Positions 29,697 to 40,384 are shown, numbered from the stretch's first letter. The stretch is 64,000 nt of DNA from Candidatus Obscuribacteraceae bacterium (GCA_044226015.1 JBGAHS010000004.1:544001-608000), one strand, 5' to 3'. Translations and numbers: made by a program. Notes: a model not told the origin generated them from the letters alone.

Positions 29697-32600
29697 ATGT
29701 CTAAGACTTCCGACATTAAGAAGATCATGGTTCTTGGCGCCGGCCCAATTACTATCGGTCAGGCTTGCGAGTTCGATTACTCCGGTACTCAAGCCTGTAA
29801 GGCCTTGAAGGATTTGGGCTATGAGGTCGTGTTGATTAACTCCAACCCGGCGACAATAATGACCGACCCTCAGGTCGCTGACAGGACTTATCTAGAGCCA
29901 GTGACTGCGGAGTTTGCTCGTGAAGTTATTATCAAAGAGCGTCCAGATGCCATATTGCCCACAATGGGCGGACAGACAGCACTCAATGTAGCTGTTGAAT
30001 TGGCGGAGAAAGGCATACTCGCTGAGCACAATGTCGAATTGATTGGAGCCAAGCTCGAAGCCATCAAGGTTGCCGAAGACAGAGATCTCTTTAAGCAATT
30101 GATGATAAGTATCGGGTTGAAAGTGCCAAAATCAGGAATTGCAAGAAAGCTTACTGATGTGCGTGAAATTGCTGAGGAAATCGGCTTTCCAATTATTATT
30201 CGTCCGGCGTTCACATTGGGTGGCACCGGTGGTGGTATCGCATATAACCAGGAAGAGTTGGAACCACTGGCCATGGAAGGTCTCAATGCTAGCCCTGTTC
30301 ACGAAATTCTGCTCGAGCAAAGCGTGCTTGGTTGGAAGGAAATCGAACTTGAAGTAATGCGAGACTGCAAAGACAATGTGGTCATCATTTGCTCTATCGA
30401 GAATTTTGACCCGATGGGTATTCACACTGGCGACTCCATTACGGTTGCTCCACTGCAAACTTTAACTGACCGCGAGTATCAGGCATTGCGTGATGCAGCC
30501 ATCAAGGTAATTAGAGCTGTGGGCGTAGATACCGGCGGCTCAAACATTCAGTTTGCCATCAGTCCTTATGATGGAGAAATTAGTGTAATTGAAATGAATC
30601 CGCGCGTATCGCGTTCATCAGCTCTAGCCAGCAAAGCAACGGGCTATCCGATTGCTAAAATCGCCGCAAAGCTCGCTGTTGGATTGACTCTCGATGAAAT
30701 TCCAAATGATATTACAAAGACCACTCCAGCATCATTTGAGCCTGTCATCGATTACGTCGTAACCAAGATTCCTCGGTTCAATTTTGAAAAATTCCGTGGT
30801 TCCGATAACACTTTGACCACACAGATGAAGTCTGTTGGGGAAGTAATGGCTATCGGTCGTTCGTTCCAAGAGTCTGTGCAGAAAGCTCTGCGCGGACTTG
30901 AATTGGGGCTCTATGGTTTTAACCCGGTAGTCTCTCGTCGCAAAGCGGACCATCAGGAATGGCGCCGCAGATTAGCGGTTCCGAGCAATCATCGCATCAC
31001 AGATATTTTTGGTGCCCTCGATGCTGGCGTATTGATTGAAGAGGTTCATGAACTCTCTCAGATTGACCCGTGGTTCCTCGATAATTTGCTTGAATTGTGG
31101 CAAGAAAGCAAAGCTCTGTCCTCTGCTGTGCACAGTTTGAAAGAACTTGATCTCCCATACTTGAAGCGTTTAAAGCGCATGGGCTTTAGCGATTTGCAAA
31201 TAAGCAAATTGATTTCACAGAGTAGTTCTGTTGTTAGCGAAGAAGATGTTTTTGAATACCGTAAGGCTCAAAATCTCTTCCCTGCATACAAGACGGTGGA
31301 TACATGCTCGGCCGAGTTCCAGGCTTACACTCCTTATATGTATTCCACTTATGAGGATGAGTCTGAGCTGCCACCACCTACAGGCAACAGGAAGATAATG
31401 ATTCTTGGCGGTGGTCCTAATCGCATTGGTCAGGGTATTGAGTTTGATTACTGTTGTGTTCAGGCAGCCATGGCAATTCGCTCGCTCTCTTGCGATGCAA
31501 TAATGGTCAATTCAAATCCTGAAACTGTATCTACCGATTACGATGTTTCAAACCGTCTCTATTTCGAACCGCTGACCCTTGAAGATGTCTCTAACATCGC
31601 AGAGTTTGAAAAGCCCGATGGAGTCATTGTGCAACTTGGTGGGCAGACCCCGCTCAAGTTAGCTCAGGGGCTCGAGGCTCGCGGCATCAAAGTTCTAGGA
31701 ACTTCGCCTGACTCAATCGACCTGGCAGAAGATCGAGCTCGCTTTGGCAAGGTGCTGGCAAAGCTTGGCTTGCGTCCACCTAAGGGAGGCACCGCAACCG
31801 AAATCAAAGAAGCAATTCAAATCGCTGATTCCATCGGCTATCCAGTTCTTGTGCGCCCAAGTTATGTTCTTGGTGGACGTGCTATGCGAATCATCTTCAA
31901 TCAAGAAGAATTGGAGCAATGGCTCGCTACAGGATTGCAGGTTCAGCCTGACCACCCTGTTTTGATTGATGAGTTTTTGGAAAACGCTGTAGAAGTGGAT
32001 GTTGATGCTGTCTGCGATGGCGAACAAACAGTCATTTGCGGCATTATGGAGCACATAGAGCAGGCCGGTATCCACTCGGGTGACAGTACCTGTGTTCTTC
32101 CGGCGCAGACGATTCCGCTGAGCATCATTGAGGAGATTCGAAATGCTACTCGTGCGCTTGCGGAGGAATTGAAAGTAATCGGGTTGATGAACATTCAGTT
32201 CGCTATAAAAGATGGATTGGTGTACATCCTCGAAGTGAACCCTCGCGCGAGCCGAACCGTTCCATTCGTATCGAAGGCGACAGGCGTACCCTGGGCTCAA
32301 GTTGCCACTAAGGTTATGCTTGGTGAAACTCTGGCTCAACAGAAAATTGGCGATCGGTTATTGCCACCGCATATTTCAGTGAAATCAGTGGTGATTCCGT
32401 TCAAAAAATTCCCGGGTTCTGAAATCTCTCTGGGACCAGAAATGCGTTCCACCGGTGAAGTTATGGGGATAGCGTCGCAATTTGGTCTTGCTTTTGCAAA
32501 GGCGCAGATTGCAGCTGGTCATGATTTGCCTACTAAGGGACGCGTTTTTCTTAGCGTTTCTGACGCTTACAAACGCGAAGTGGTGCCTGTGGCTCAGAGC

Positions 32601-32966
32601 CTCTATCAACTAGGGTTTGAAATTGTGGCCACTCGCGGAACTGCTTCGATTGTTCATGCTGCTGGAATTCCAGCGACCGTAGTAAACAAAGTTTCTGAAG
32701 GTCGTCCGAATCTGGTGGATAGAATCAAGAATAATCAGATCAATCTTGTAATAAACATTCCATCGGGGCGTTCGGCGCATCGTGATGATCAACTGATTCG
32801 CCGTGCTGCGATTAACTACAACGTACCAGTCGTAACCACTTTGTCTGGTGCTAAAGCAACTGCTGCTGCTATAGCTGCGCTCCAACAGGGAAATCTTGGA
32901 GTGCAGAGCCTGCAGGAATATCATCAGAAGATTGCGTATTGGGAAAGCACAAGCAAAGTTCGCTAG
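29697..32966 (+). CDS. carB: Carbamoyl-phosphate synthase large subunit
   Basis: [58 protein letters not shown]-like C-terminus. Confidence 0.98.
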   Translation: MSKTSDIKKIMVLGAGPITIGQACEFDYSGTQACKALKDLGYEVVLINSNPATIMTDPQVADRTYLEPVTAEFAREVIIKERPDAILPTMGGQTALNVAVELAEKGILAEHNVELIGAKLEAIKVAEDRDLFKQLMISIGLKVPKSGIARKLTDVREIAEEIGFPIIIRPAFTLGGTGGGIAYNQEELEPLAMEGLNASPVHEILLEQSVLGWKEIELEVMRDCKDNVVIICSIENFDPMGIHTGDSITVAPLQTLTDREYQALRDAAIKVIRAVGVDTGGSNIQFAISPYDGEISVIEMNPRVSRSSALASKATGYPIAKIAAKLAVGLTLDEIPNDITKTTPASFEPVIDYVVTKIPRFNFEKFRGSDNTLTTQMKSVGEVMAIGRSFQESVQKALRGLELGLYGFNPVVSRRKADHQEWRRRLAVPSNHRITDIFGALDAGVLIEEVHELSQIDPWFLDNLLELWQESKALSSAVHSLKELDLPYLKRLKRMGFSDLQISKLISQSSSVVSEEDVFEYRKAQNLFPAYKTVDTCSAEFQAYTPYMYSTYEDESELPPPTGNRKIMILGGGPNRIGQGIEFDYCCVQAAMAIRSLSCDAIMVNSNPETVSTDYDVSNRLYFEPLTLEDVSNIAEFEKPDGVIVQLGGQTPLKLAQGLEARGIKVLGTSPDSIDLAEDRARFGKVLAKLGLRPPKGGTATEIKEAIQIADSIGYPVLVRPSYVLGGRAMRIIFNQEELEQWLATGLQVQPDHPVLIDEFLENAVEVDVDAVCDGEQTVICGIMEHIEQAGIHSGDSTCVLPAQTIPLSIIEEIRNATRALAEELKVIGLMNIQFAIKDGLVYILEVNPRASRTVPFVSKATGVPWAQVATKVMLGETLAQQKIGDRLLPPHISVKSVVIPFKKFPGSEISLGPEMRSTGEVMGIASQFGLAFAKAQIAAGHDLPTKGRVFLSVSDAYKREVVPVAQSLYQLGFEIVATRGTASIVHAAGIPATVVNKVSEGRPNLVDRIKNNQINLVINIPSGRSAHRDDQLIRRAAINYNVPVVTTLSGAKATAAAIAALQQGNLGVQSLQEYHQKIAYWESTSKVR

Positions 32967-33006
32967 CGCGCTTTCTGCATTTTGCAATTGCGAATCATAA
33001 AAAGGA

Positions 33007-33030
33007 GAAAAGGGGCTTTCGCCCCTTTTC
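33007..33030. terminator. Bidirectional terminator
   Basis: GAAAAGGGGC-TTTC-GCCCCTTTTC between convergent carB and the 33057 ORF. Confidence 0.8.
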
Positions 33031-33056
33031 CGATATCCAGCCCGTCAAACTTTTTC

Positions 33057-33566
33057 TTATTCGCCTGGACGCAATCTCCAGGGTAATGTTTCAAGCAATT
33101 TATCACGATGCTGTTCGTCAAGTTCGTCGAACAGTTTTCCGAATCGAGAGTATGTCGTCATCGTGTCACCGCCCATTCTTTCCTGAGCAGCCACGTCATT
33201 GCTGTCTTCAATTTTTTGCCACATATCATCGGCTTTCTTAGCGAAATCGCCCAATTTTTCTTGTAGCTTATCTTGATTTACAGCGCCGCAACGTTTCTCG
33301 TCTGAGAACCATTGCTCGACTTTTATGAAGTCTTCGCTAGCCATTCCGTTCTTGTATTCTTCTTTTGGCTTGTACACATCATTGTCATTGCTTTTGAACT
33401 TGAGTGGAAAAGAAAATGCTTCATCTAAAAAACGTGAGCTTGCTTCTGTTGAAGCAGCTTCCGGCGTGTTTGCAGCAGCTTCTTTGGGTGCAAATTGATG
33501 CTCTGCGAATGCTCTCTCTGTCATAAGTTTCTCTCCAGCCCTTTCATGCAAACCGGTTGTTTGCAT
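33057..33566 (-). CDS. Hypothetical protein
   Basis: About 170 aa, charged and helical, low-complexity N-terminus; no family recognised. Confidence 0.6.
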   Translation of the reverse strand: MQTTGLHERAGEKLMTERAFAEHQFAPKEAAANTPEAASTEASSRFLDEAFSFPLKFKSNDNDVYKPKEEYKNGMASEDFIKVEQWFSDEKRCGAVNQDKLQEKLGDFAKKADDMWQKIEDSNDVAAQERMGGDTMTTYSRFGKLFDELDEQHRDKLLETLPWRLRPGE

Positions 33567-33712
33567 GTTTTTGTTTTGCAATCGATTCCTTAAAGGAATC
33601 AGCCAATCACCTGATGCTAATATCCTAGTTATGAAACGCTGGCTTCGAAATGTTGCCAGCCACAGTGATTTCAGATAAGGCTCTGCATAATTCTTCAGTG
33701 GTTAAAAAATGA

Positions 33713-33903
33713 CATTGGCTCTAGATATGCTGTCGGCGGGCCGTTGTAGGCATAGAAGTTAGCCGTCTGCAAATGCTCACAGCTGGAAGCTAGCGAAGCA
33801 AGCAACTTAAGGTTCTGCTTTCTACGCTTGCCCGGTGAGCACCTGAAAATAGCTTTCGCCCGCAGCGGAACTGTTCACACGCTGAATCTGTCAGAAGCTG
33901 GTG
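33713..33903 (+). ncRNA. Candidate 6S RNA (ssrS-like)
   Basis: Hand folding gives a ~190-nt rod with nested pairings and a central bubble (33762-33773 opposite 33842-33849); intergenic. Confidence 0.55.
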
Positions 33904-33942
33904 CAAATGTTCAGCCTCTAACTATTCGTTTTTATCGAGTTA

Positions 33943-34350
33943 TTAGTAGTTGTTTGATGGCTCGTTATCGAGCGCGGGGTAATCATTGCTGTTCACCCAT
34001 CTTTCCAGACCTGGCGCACACAAGAGAGCTAAGCCAGCGCCAATCTTTTTGACGAACACTGCCGGTGCTGTCGAGCCTGCAGAGTACTTCCTTGAAGTAA
34101 TCATGAATGCACGTTGTAGTTTCTGTCCAATCTTCACTCGCACTTCATAGCACTTGCGCGGACTCATCATGCTGCTGATTACTGAGCAAGAGACTTGTTG
34201 ACCAAACTCAAGTGACCAATCTTCTTCATCTCCAGCAAAACCCTTCTTCGGCACGCCTCTGCCGGAGATTGAGCCATTGAAAGCTCGTCTTGTTGGGTCT
34301 GATGCTGTCATCATAGGAATATCCAGGTAAATCGCTTTGCCAGTTCGCAC
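33943..34350 (-). CDS. Hypothetical protein (start uncertain, possibly ATG 34314)
   Basis: 135 aa ORF in an otherwise empty gap; no recognised motif. Confidence 0.4.
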   Translation of the reverse strand: MRTGKAIYLDIPMMTASDPTRRAFNGSISGRGVPKKGFAGDEEDWSLEFGQQVSCSVISSMMSPRKCYEVRVKIGQKLQRAFMITSRKYSAGSTAPAVFVKKIGAGLALLCAPGLERWVNSNDYPALDNEPSNNY

Positions 34351-34618
34351 AGATGGAGTGCGTAATTATTCATATACCCACAAGTTTGAAATCCATGCAT
34401 CAGCGGATTGCATAATTTGTATGTTTGTGCTTTTGGTAGATTAATTCCACAGGATTTTTAGTGAATGACGACTAAGACATTAGTCTGCATCTCGTGTTGC
34501 TCTTGCTGACAGTGTTTCTGGCTTCAGGCTTGCTCAGCGAATTGGTAAGAAAGAATCAGGTGGAAGGAAACAGCATAGCTCAAATGACGGATGTGAGTCT
34601 GCTTGTAGGTAAAAAGAG

Positions 34619-36772
34619 TCATGAGCTGGTGCTGAAATCTTCAACCAGAATAGGTGTATCAGCTGCCTCTGTTCTGCGGAGTGCAGGCAGCAGTCCGTTC
34701 AATGCCGCCAGGATCACTGACCCATTGTTCAAAATGGTGGCATTTACTGGACCCACTATATTCGTGAGCGAGAGTATCAAGCCTAACCAATTTGGAATGC
34801 TCACTGCAAACATGTTCTGGCGCAAAAAAGACATGGACTTGCGCGAAAGCTCGATGGAAGCAGGCAAATGTTTGATATTGTCGTCGGAAAAAATAATGTC
34901 CGCTCTGTATTTTGCAATGTCAGTGCTGCTATTGAGAGCGATTGATAGGTCGGCCTGAGCCATAGCCAGTGCATCACTGACTTCATCTCCCACAACCGCG
35001 ACGCGCAGTCCGTTTACTTGTAAGCTGCGAACGAGATCTGCCTTTGCTTCAGGGGAAAGACCAGTGTAAAACTTGTCGGTTTCTATGGAATTTGAAAGCC
35101 GACGTACCTGATTACCTGAGTCGCCTGAAATGAGGATTGTTTCTTTGATACCTAACTGTTTAAGCTCTCTGAGAACGGCGGCGCCTTCTTCCTTTATCTG
35201 ATCGCGATAAGCGATCAATCCAACTAATTCTTTTTCGATAGCTATATAGGCTACCGAGTCTCCCCTGTCTTTTATTTCAGTTGCGGACTGCTCAGATGAC
35301 TCGATATCAATTTCCTGGTCTAGCATAAAGCGTTTGCTACCAACCAGAACGTTTCTTCCATCTACAAGTGCTTTGACTCCTAAGCCCGGATGAAATTCGG
35401 AATTGCGTCGTTCAGAAATCTGCAGTTGTCTCTTCTGTGCATACCGATAGATTGCTCGAGCTGCCGGATGATGGTAGCGGTATTCGACTGCTGCTGCTGC
35501 GCTGAGAATTTCGTCGGCGCTTGCATCTGTGAGTGGAAGAACCGAAGTAATCTCGGAGTCACCAACATTTATGACTCCAGATCTGGCAAAAATGACTATG
35601 TCCATTTCCGAAAGCTTTTCCAGTGCTGAGCCCGCCTTTATAAGAACGCCATTCCTGCCCGCGTTATACATATAGGAGAGAATGGATGTCGGCAGGGCGA
35701 TACGCACGCCTGTTACGAAATCAAAGCAGATGATGGTGAAGGCTTGCACCACATTTCTAGAAAGCAAGAACGAAAACGCTGACACCAACATAATGGGGTT
35801 GACTATTTTGTAGGCTTTCTTTAATGCATGTCGTTGATAGCTTGTACGATAGAGGGCTCGTATTCTTTCTCTTTCGAGGGCTCGGCTAAGCTGGCTCTTG
35901 GGCTTTGCAGAAATGCAGGTGAGGTAAAGTTTGCCGTCGATAATAATGGCACCTGCCGAAATTTCGTCGCCGGGACCGACCTGAATGGGAAGCTTGTTGA
36001 GAGATGATTTTGCTTTGACGATGGTGGCAGTGCCTTCTTCAATTCTGCAGCGCACTGGAATACGTTCACCGGTGTAGACAACGATGGAATCACCAATATT
36101 TAGTTTGGAAATAGAAACCCTTTCTCTGCGTTCGTTTTGCACCAGCCAGGCAGAGCCCTGTGATAATTTGAGCAGTTCATCCTGCATGCTTTCGCTTTTT
36201 TGAGCCGCAAAGTCTCTGATGTATTCACCTATTCCAATGAGGAAAACCATTACGCTGGCGGGCATATAGGCTGACTCAACTGTGAGCACTATCAGCGATG
36301 CCGCATCCATGAACTCGACTGCGGGTCTACCTTCTTCCAAGAATACGCGGAGCCCGCGCCCAAATATTGGCGCTGTTGCCAGAGCTAAAACTGTGCGCGT
36401 CAGGGCTGGAGGAAAGCCAAAAACTGCTGATGCCAGCGATAATGCTCCCAGTCCAAGTTGCACTATGGGTGGTGCCTCTAACTTTTCCACCCAGTTATTG
36501 AATCTGTTTTTTGCGGGCAGTTTTTTTGGTTGAATTGTCGCCTGAATAATTTCAGATTCGCTAATTCTTGCCAGTGTCTCTTCAGGAAAAAACAGCGATG
36601 AGTCGAATTCCAGCGTCAGAGACGCGCACGCAGGGTTGACGCCGACAGCTCTAACTCCAGCCAGAGTGAGGAAGAAGCTAACGACCTTCTCCTGGAAAAC
36701 CAAATCATGCTTCAATCGATACATTCGGACTCTTATTCGTCCGGGGATGCGATGAAGTATTTTGTGCTGCAT
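34619..36772 (-). CDS. P1B-type (FezB/P1B-6-like) ATPase homologue with degenerate catalytic motifs
   Basis: N-terminal HRIPGRIRVR (HMA2-like), GERIP, GVLIK.GSALE, HP motif and PEAK; but FARSG for FDKTG, no TGE, and GDEVSD for GDGxND. Confidence 0.85.
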   Translation of the reverse strand: MQHKILHRIPGRIRVRMYRLKHDLVFQEKVVSFFLTLAGVRAVGVNPACASLTLEFDSSLFFPEETLARISESEIIQATIQPKKLPAKNRFNNWVEKLEAPPIVQLGLGALSLASAVFGFPPALTRTVLALATAPIFGRGLRVFLEEGRPAVEFMDAASLIVLTVESAYMPASVMVFLIGIGEYIRDFAAQKSESMQDELLKLSQGSAWLVQNERRERVSISKLNIGDSIVVYTGERIPVRCRIEEGTATIVKAKSSLNKLPIQVGPGDEISAGAIIIDGKLYLTCISAKPKSQLSRALERERIRALYRTSYQRHALKKAYKIVNPIMLVSAFSFLLSRNVVQAFTIICFDFVTGVRIALPTSILSYMYNAGRNGVLIKAGSALEKLSEMDIVIFARSGVINVGDSEITSVLPLTDASADEILSAAAAVEYRYHHPAARAIYRYAQKRQLQISERRNSEFHPGLGVKALVDGRNVLVGSKRFMLDQEIDIESSEQSATEIKDRGDSVAYIAIEKELVGLIAYRDQIKEEGAAVLRELKQLGIKETILISGDSGNQVRRLSNSIETDKFYTGLSPEAKADLVRSLQVNGLRVAVVGDEVSDALAMAQADLSIALNSSTDIAKYRADIIFSDDNIKHLPASIELSRKSMSFLRQNMFAVSIPNWLGLILSLTNIVGPVNATILNNGSVILAALNGLLPALRRTEAADTPILVEDFSTSS

Positions 36773-36773
36773 T

Positions 36774-37076
36774 CTATTCTGCTGCTTGCTGCTTCTTGGA
36801 TTTCTTTTCAGGAGCTTCTTGTTTGTGACTTTCTTTCAAGTGCTCTTCCATTTCTTCGCGGCGCTCGGCTTGCACTTCTGCGATTAAATCGCTGCCCTGT
36901 TCTTTGACTTCCGCGACAAACTCTCTTGCAGAATCTGAAACGCTGAGACCGGCTTTGATAACACCTTTTGCAGCTTTTCTCACGACTTTGCGGCTAGGAC
37001 CAGAAAGCAGAACAATGGCTCCGAGACCGAATAAACCCCATCTGCTACCGATTACTTCCAGTATTTCTTCCAACAT
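36774..37076 (-). CDS. Small membrane protein, DUF5132-like, partner of the P1B ATPase
   Basis: Gly-rich TM (WGLFGLGAIVLL), then RKAAKGVIKAGL..VAEVKEQGSDLIAEVQAE; stop lies 1 nt before the ATPase ATG. Confidence 0.7.
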   Translation of the reverse strand: MLEEILEVIGSRWGLFGLGAIVLLSGPSRKVVRKAAKGVIKAGLSVSDSAREFVAEVKEQGSDLIAEVQAERREEMEEHLKESHKQEAPEKKSKKQQAAE

Positions 37077-37282
37077 TTCTTGATCCTCTCCAGCTGTTGA
37101 GGCAATTATACCGGACTAAGACTCAGCCAAGTCTGCATGTGTAGTAGCGTTGCGATGCGTTTCTTGACGACAACATAGGCTATAATGGCGCTCTCTTGTC
37201 GAACCCCCAGGTGAACTTGGGTTAATTCTTCGCACGAGATACTTACTGAGAATTCCGAAACTTATTGCAAACAGGAGAGTTT

Positions 37283-37960
37283 ATGAGTTTAGAGATTGCC
37301 AAATACATCGACCACACTCTTCTTAGCCCTGCTGCGACAACCAAGGATATTGAGAAGCTCTGCGGAGAAGCGAAAGATCATGGGTTCTTCGCCGTTTGTG
37401 TGAATCCGTATTTTGTTCGCCATGCTGTGAAATTGCTATCGTCCAGCAAAGTTGCCGTAGCAACGGTAGTGGGTTTCCCTCTGGGACAAAATTTGACAGA
37501 CATTAAGATTGCCGAAACTCAACGTGCGCTGTCAGAAGGTGCAGAAGAAATCGATATGGTGATCAACATTAGCGCCCTGAAAGACGGTAGTGTTGACTAT
37601 GTTCGCGAAGAAATCAGATCTATCGTAAAGGTTGCTCGCGACCATATCGTCAAGGTAATCATTGAATGCGACCTTCTCAGCGACGAGGAAAAAGTTGCAG
37701 CAACCAGAGCTGCCGCTGATGCTGGAGCAGGATTTGTCAAAACTTCGACAGGTTTTGTCAATGGCGGAAAAGGCGCTACGGTTGAGGATGTGCAGCTCAT
37801 GCGTAAGACTCTCGGCAGCGACAAAGTCGCCATCAAGGCAAGCGCTGGTATTAGAGATTATACAAAGGCGAAAGCCTTGATTGACGCTGGAGCTACTCGT
37901 TTAGGAACCTCCGCCGGAGTAGCAATTATTCAAGGAAGCACCGCAAACGCTGCCTATTAA
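37283..37960 (+). CDS. deoC: Deoxyribose-phosphate aldolase
   Basis: YIDHTLL, TVVGFPLG, EIDMVIN, VKVIIE, FVKTSTGF, IKASAGIR, GATRLGTS. Confidence 0.96.
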   Translation: MSLEIAKYIDHTLLSPAATTKDIEKLCGEAKDHGFFAVCVNPYFVRHAVKLLSSSKVAVATVVGFPLGQNLTDIKIAETQRALSEGAEEIDMVINISALKDGSVDYVREEIRSIVKVARDHIVKVIIECDLLSDEEKVAATRAAADAGAGFVKTSTGFVNGGKGATVEDVQLMRKTLGSDKVAIKASAGIRDYTKAKALIDAGATRLGTSAGVAIIQGSTANAAY

Positions 37961-38185
37961 GCTCTGACTGAATAGACTTATAATCGCCTGCAAAAGGCTG
38001 AAACTAAGTGGTGATGCTAGATATAGTGTCACCCTTTGTTTTTTGTGAAAGAAGGTATTCGTGCCTTTTCTCAAATGTGAGTCTTGCTTAATGAAGCCGT
38101 TTTCTGCGAGTGCATTCGTAGTTTCACGAGTGCCAACATAAACCCTCGTACCTAATATGATGATGGGTTGAATTTTGGTGGATAC

Positions 38186-40345
38186 ATGAGCGATCAAGCG
38201 CGGCTTACCAGTTCTGAGCTTTTAGCAGACTTCAGAAATCCATCGGGCAGCACCGATGTTCTTTTCCAAGCTGTCAGAGAGTTGCCTTCGGCTACGCAGG
38301 AGTTAGCGCAGGAAGCATGGGCGCATCCTGTTGATACTGCAATACACGCAGGAAAAACTGTCGCCATGGGCTTAGCTTTCGGTGGAGCGTTTGGCTACCT
38401 TATACCGGGGAGAGGTCCTGTAGCCGCAATATTAGGCACGGCTCTTACTGTGCCAGCTGTCGTAGGAGCCTACAACCGCGTAAACGGAGCCATGCTTGAC
38501 GCTCAGCGAAGCGATGCAGACATAAAGGGAATTGCCCACGGTCTTGCACGTGATACCGTAAGTAGTGGCACTGAATTTGCTCTGGGTATGGCTGGAGGTA
38601 TTGGTGGAGCGCACTTGGGTAAGCAAGTCGCCATGAGTGAAACTCTCGCCGGACGCATCGGTCAGCAATCACAAAGACTGGTTCTTTCTGCCGAAAATTA
38701 TTCGATGACTGGTTTGCGTAAGATGTTCAGCCCGGGTGAAAACCCTGCAAGTCTTGAGGTCTCTTTGCGTGATCCAAACGCTAAAGTTGAAGATCTTCAA
38801 TTTCAAAACTTGCCCTGGAGCAAACGGGCTTCGACACTGGTTAGTAATCGCATCGACCAATTCAATGCCAGTAACCCTGATTATCAAATGTATTATGGTT
38901 CTATGCATGGTCATTCGGTCTACTCTGACGGTATGGGAATGCCGGCCGAGATTTATCAACGCGCAAAAAATATTGGATTGGACTTCACAGCTATCACAGA
39001 CCACAGCCATACTAGCGCTCGGTCGGGAGTTCCACCTGGTGACCCGCGCTATCCCGGACAGCAGAAGACGCCCTCGGTCGCCGAAGATCCTGTTCACTAC
39101 ACTGAGACTATCAATGCTGCAAAGGCTGCCACTCAAGACGGCAAATTTGTCGCGATGTATGGTGTTGAGCTTGGAACAATCGGCAAGGTAGGTTCTCCAG
39201 GACCTTCCGGAGTTAATCATATAAATGTCCTTCAGACAGATACGTTTTTCCAGACCGTTAAGCCTAAAGGTCCGAGCAATGCACTTGCTGCACTTGAGCC
39301 ACCGCCCGTGGAGAAAATCAACGACGGCAACTATAAGATGCTCGTAGATGCGCTCGATAAGACTCGGGATGCAACCGGCGGCCGTCCAGTTGTTCAATTG
39401 AATCACCCGCGCTGGGCATCTGATGAAAACCCAAGTTTGCCAGATAAAGTGCGTGGACGAGACTACGGTCAAAAGTCCTTCTCTAGCACCAAAGAATGGG
39501 CAGATCGATTTGGAAAGTATGCCAGCCAAATGGAAATCATTAATGGTGATGCCTTGGGACAGAACGGGCTTATTGATGTTTCCCCAAGTCATTTGCACGG
39601 CACAGATTTTGCTGGCTATTTAGATAAGGGATTGAAGATAAGCCCAACATTCGGGCGCGATTTCCACTATGGTGACCCTGGTGGTACCAAAGCTGCAACC
39701 GGCATTCTATCGCAAAATCTTGACACCAAATCGGTGATGGATGCTTTGCGAGCGCGCCGTACCATCGCAACAACCAATAGAGAATTGCTAACTGGTCACA
39801 TGACTATCAATGATGTGCATCCGATGGGAAGTGTACTTGACCAGGCTGCTGTTCCTGATTTGAATATCAAAGTAACTGTTGGCGGAAAGGTCTCTCCTGA
39901 TGCTGAATACACTGCTTTGCTCTGGGGTGATAAGAACCTCGGCGACGGCAAGCTTGCTGAGGTGCTACAAACTAAGAAGGTAACAGGGGCAGAACTTTCT
40001 GCCGCTAAGAATCAAATTGTCTTCGACAAAGTTCAACCGACACTTGGAAGAAAGAGTGCATTCTATGTTGAACTGCAGAGATTGCCCGCTGAAGGAGACC
40101 CTGCCTCATTGCTTCCGCGCACTGCTTCTGGTGGCAGGCAAATTCCTGATTTCCTTGATTCGAGCCGACCGCCAGTCTTCTCTCATTCTGAAGCAGGTGG
40201 AGGACTAGCTGAGCCTTCCGGAAAGTTCTTGGGTGACAGATTGTGGACCGCTCCGGTATGGTCAGAGCCACTGGCGGGAGCAAATCATTCGTTGGCACTT
40301 AGAGCGCTTGTTGGTATCGGCAGCACGTTGATTTCCGGTCACTAA
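38186..40345 (+). CDS. PHP-family (CehA/McbA-like) metallohydrolase fused to an N-terminal Gly-rich hydrophobic domain
   Basis: GSMHGHSVYSDG, DFTAITDH, GVE, HIN, NHP and DFH metal ligands; hydrophobic Gly-rich helices at about aa 55-150; no signal peptide. Confidence 0.75.
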   Translation: MSDQARLTSSELLADFRNPSGSTDVLFQAVRELPSATQELAQEAWAHPVDTAIHAGKTVAMGLAFGGAFGYLIPGRGPVAAILGTALTVPAVVGAYNRVNGAMLDAQRSDADIKGIAHGLARDTVSSGTEFALGMAGGIGGAHLGKQVAMSETLAGRIGQQSQRLVLSAENYSMTGLRKMFSPGENPASLEVSLRDPNAKVEDLQFQNLPWSKRASTLVSNRIDQFNASNPDYQMYYGSMHGHSVYSDGMGMPAEIYQRAKNIGLDFTAITDHSHTSARSGVPPGDPRYPGQQKTPSVAEDPVHYTETINAAKAATQDGKFVAMYGVELGTIGKVGSPGPSGVNHINVLQTDTFFQTVKPKGPSNALAALEPPPVEKINDGNYKMLVDALDKTRDATGGRPVVQLNHPRWASDENPSLPDKVRGRDYGQKSFSSTKEWADRFGKYASQMEIINGDALGQNGLIDVSPSHLHGTDFAGYLDKGLKISPTFGRDFHYGDPGGTKAATGILSQNLDTKSVMDALRARRTIATTNRELLTGHMTINDVHPMGSVLDQAAVPDLNIKVTVGGKVSPDAEYTALLWGDKNLGDGKLAEVLQTKKVTGAELSAAKNQIVFDKVQPTLGRKSAFYVELQRLPAEGDPASLLPRTASGGRQIPDFLDSSRPPVFSHSEAGGGLAEPSGKFLGDRLWTAPVWSEPLAGANHSLALRALVGIGSTLISGH

Positions 40346-40384
40346 TGCAGCTGGAAATGGAATTCCCATTGATGAATGCTGTCG

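Noticed and set aside
38669..39598. 309-aa antisense ORF, and other long antisense ORFs such as 31713-32339, 52428-53102 and 59791-60354
   Set aside because: They lie opposite well-supported genes and have no recognisable motifs; typical shadow ORFs
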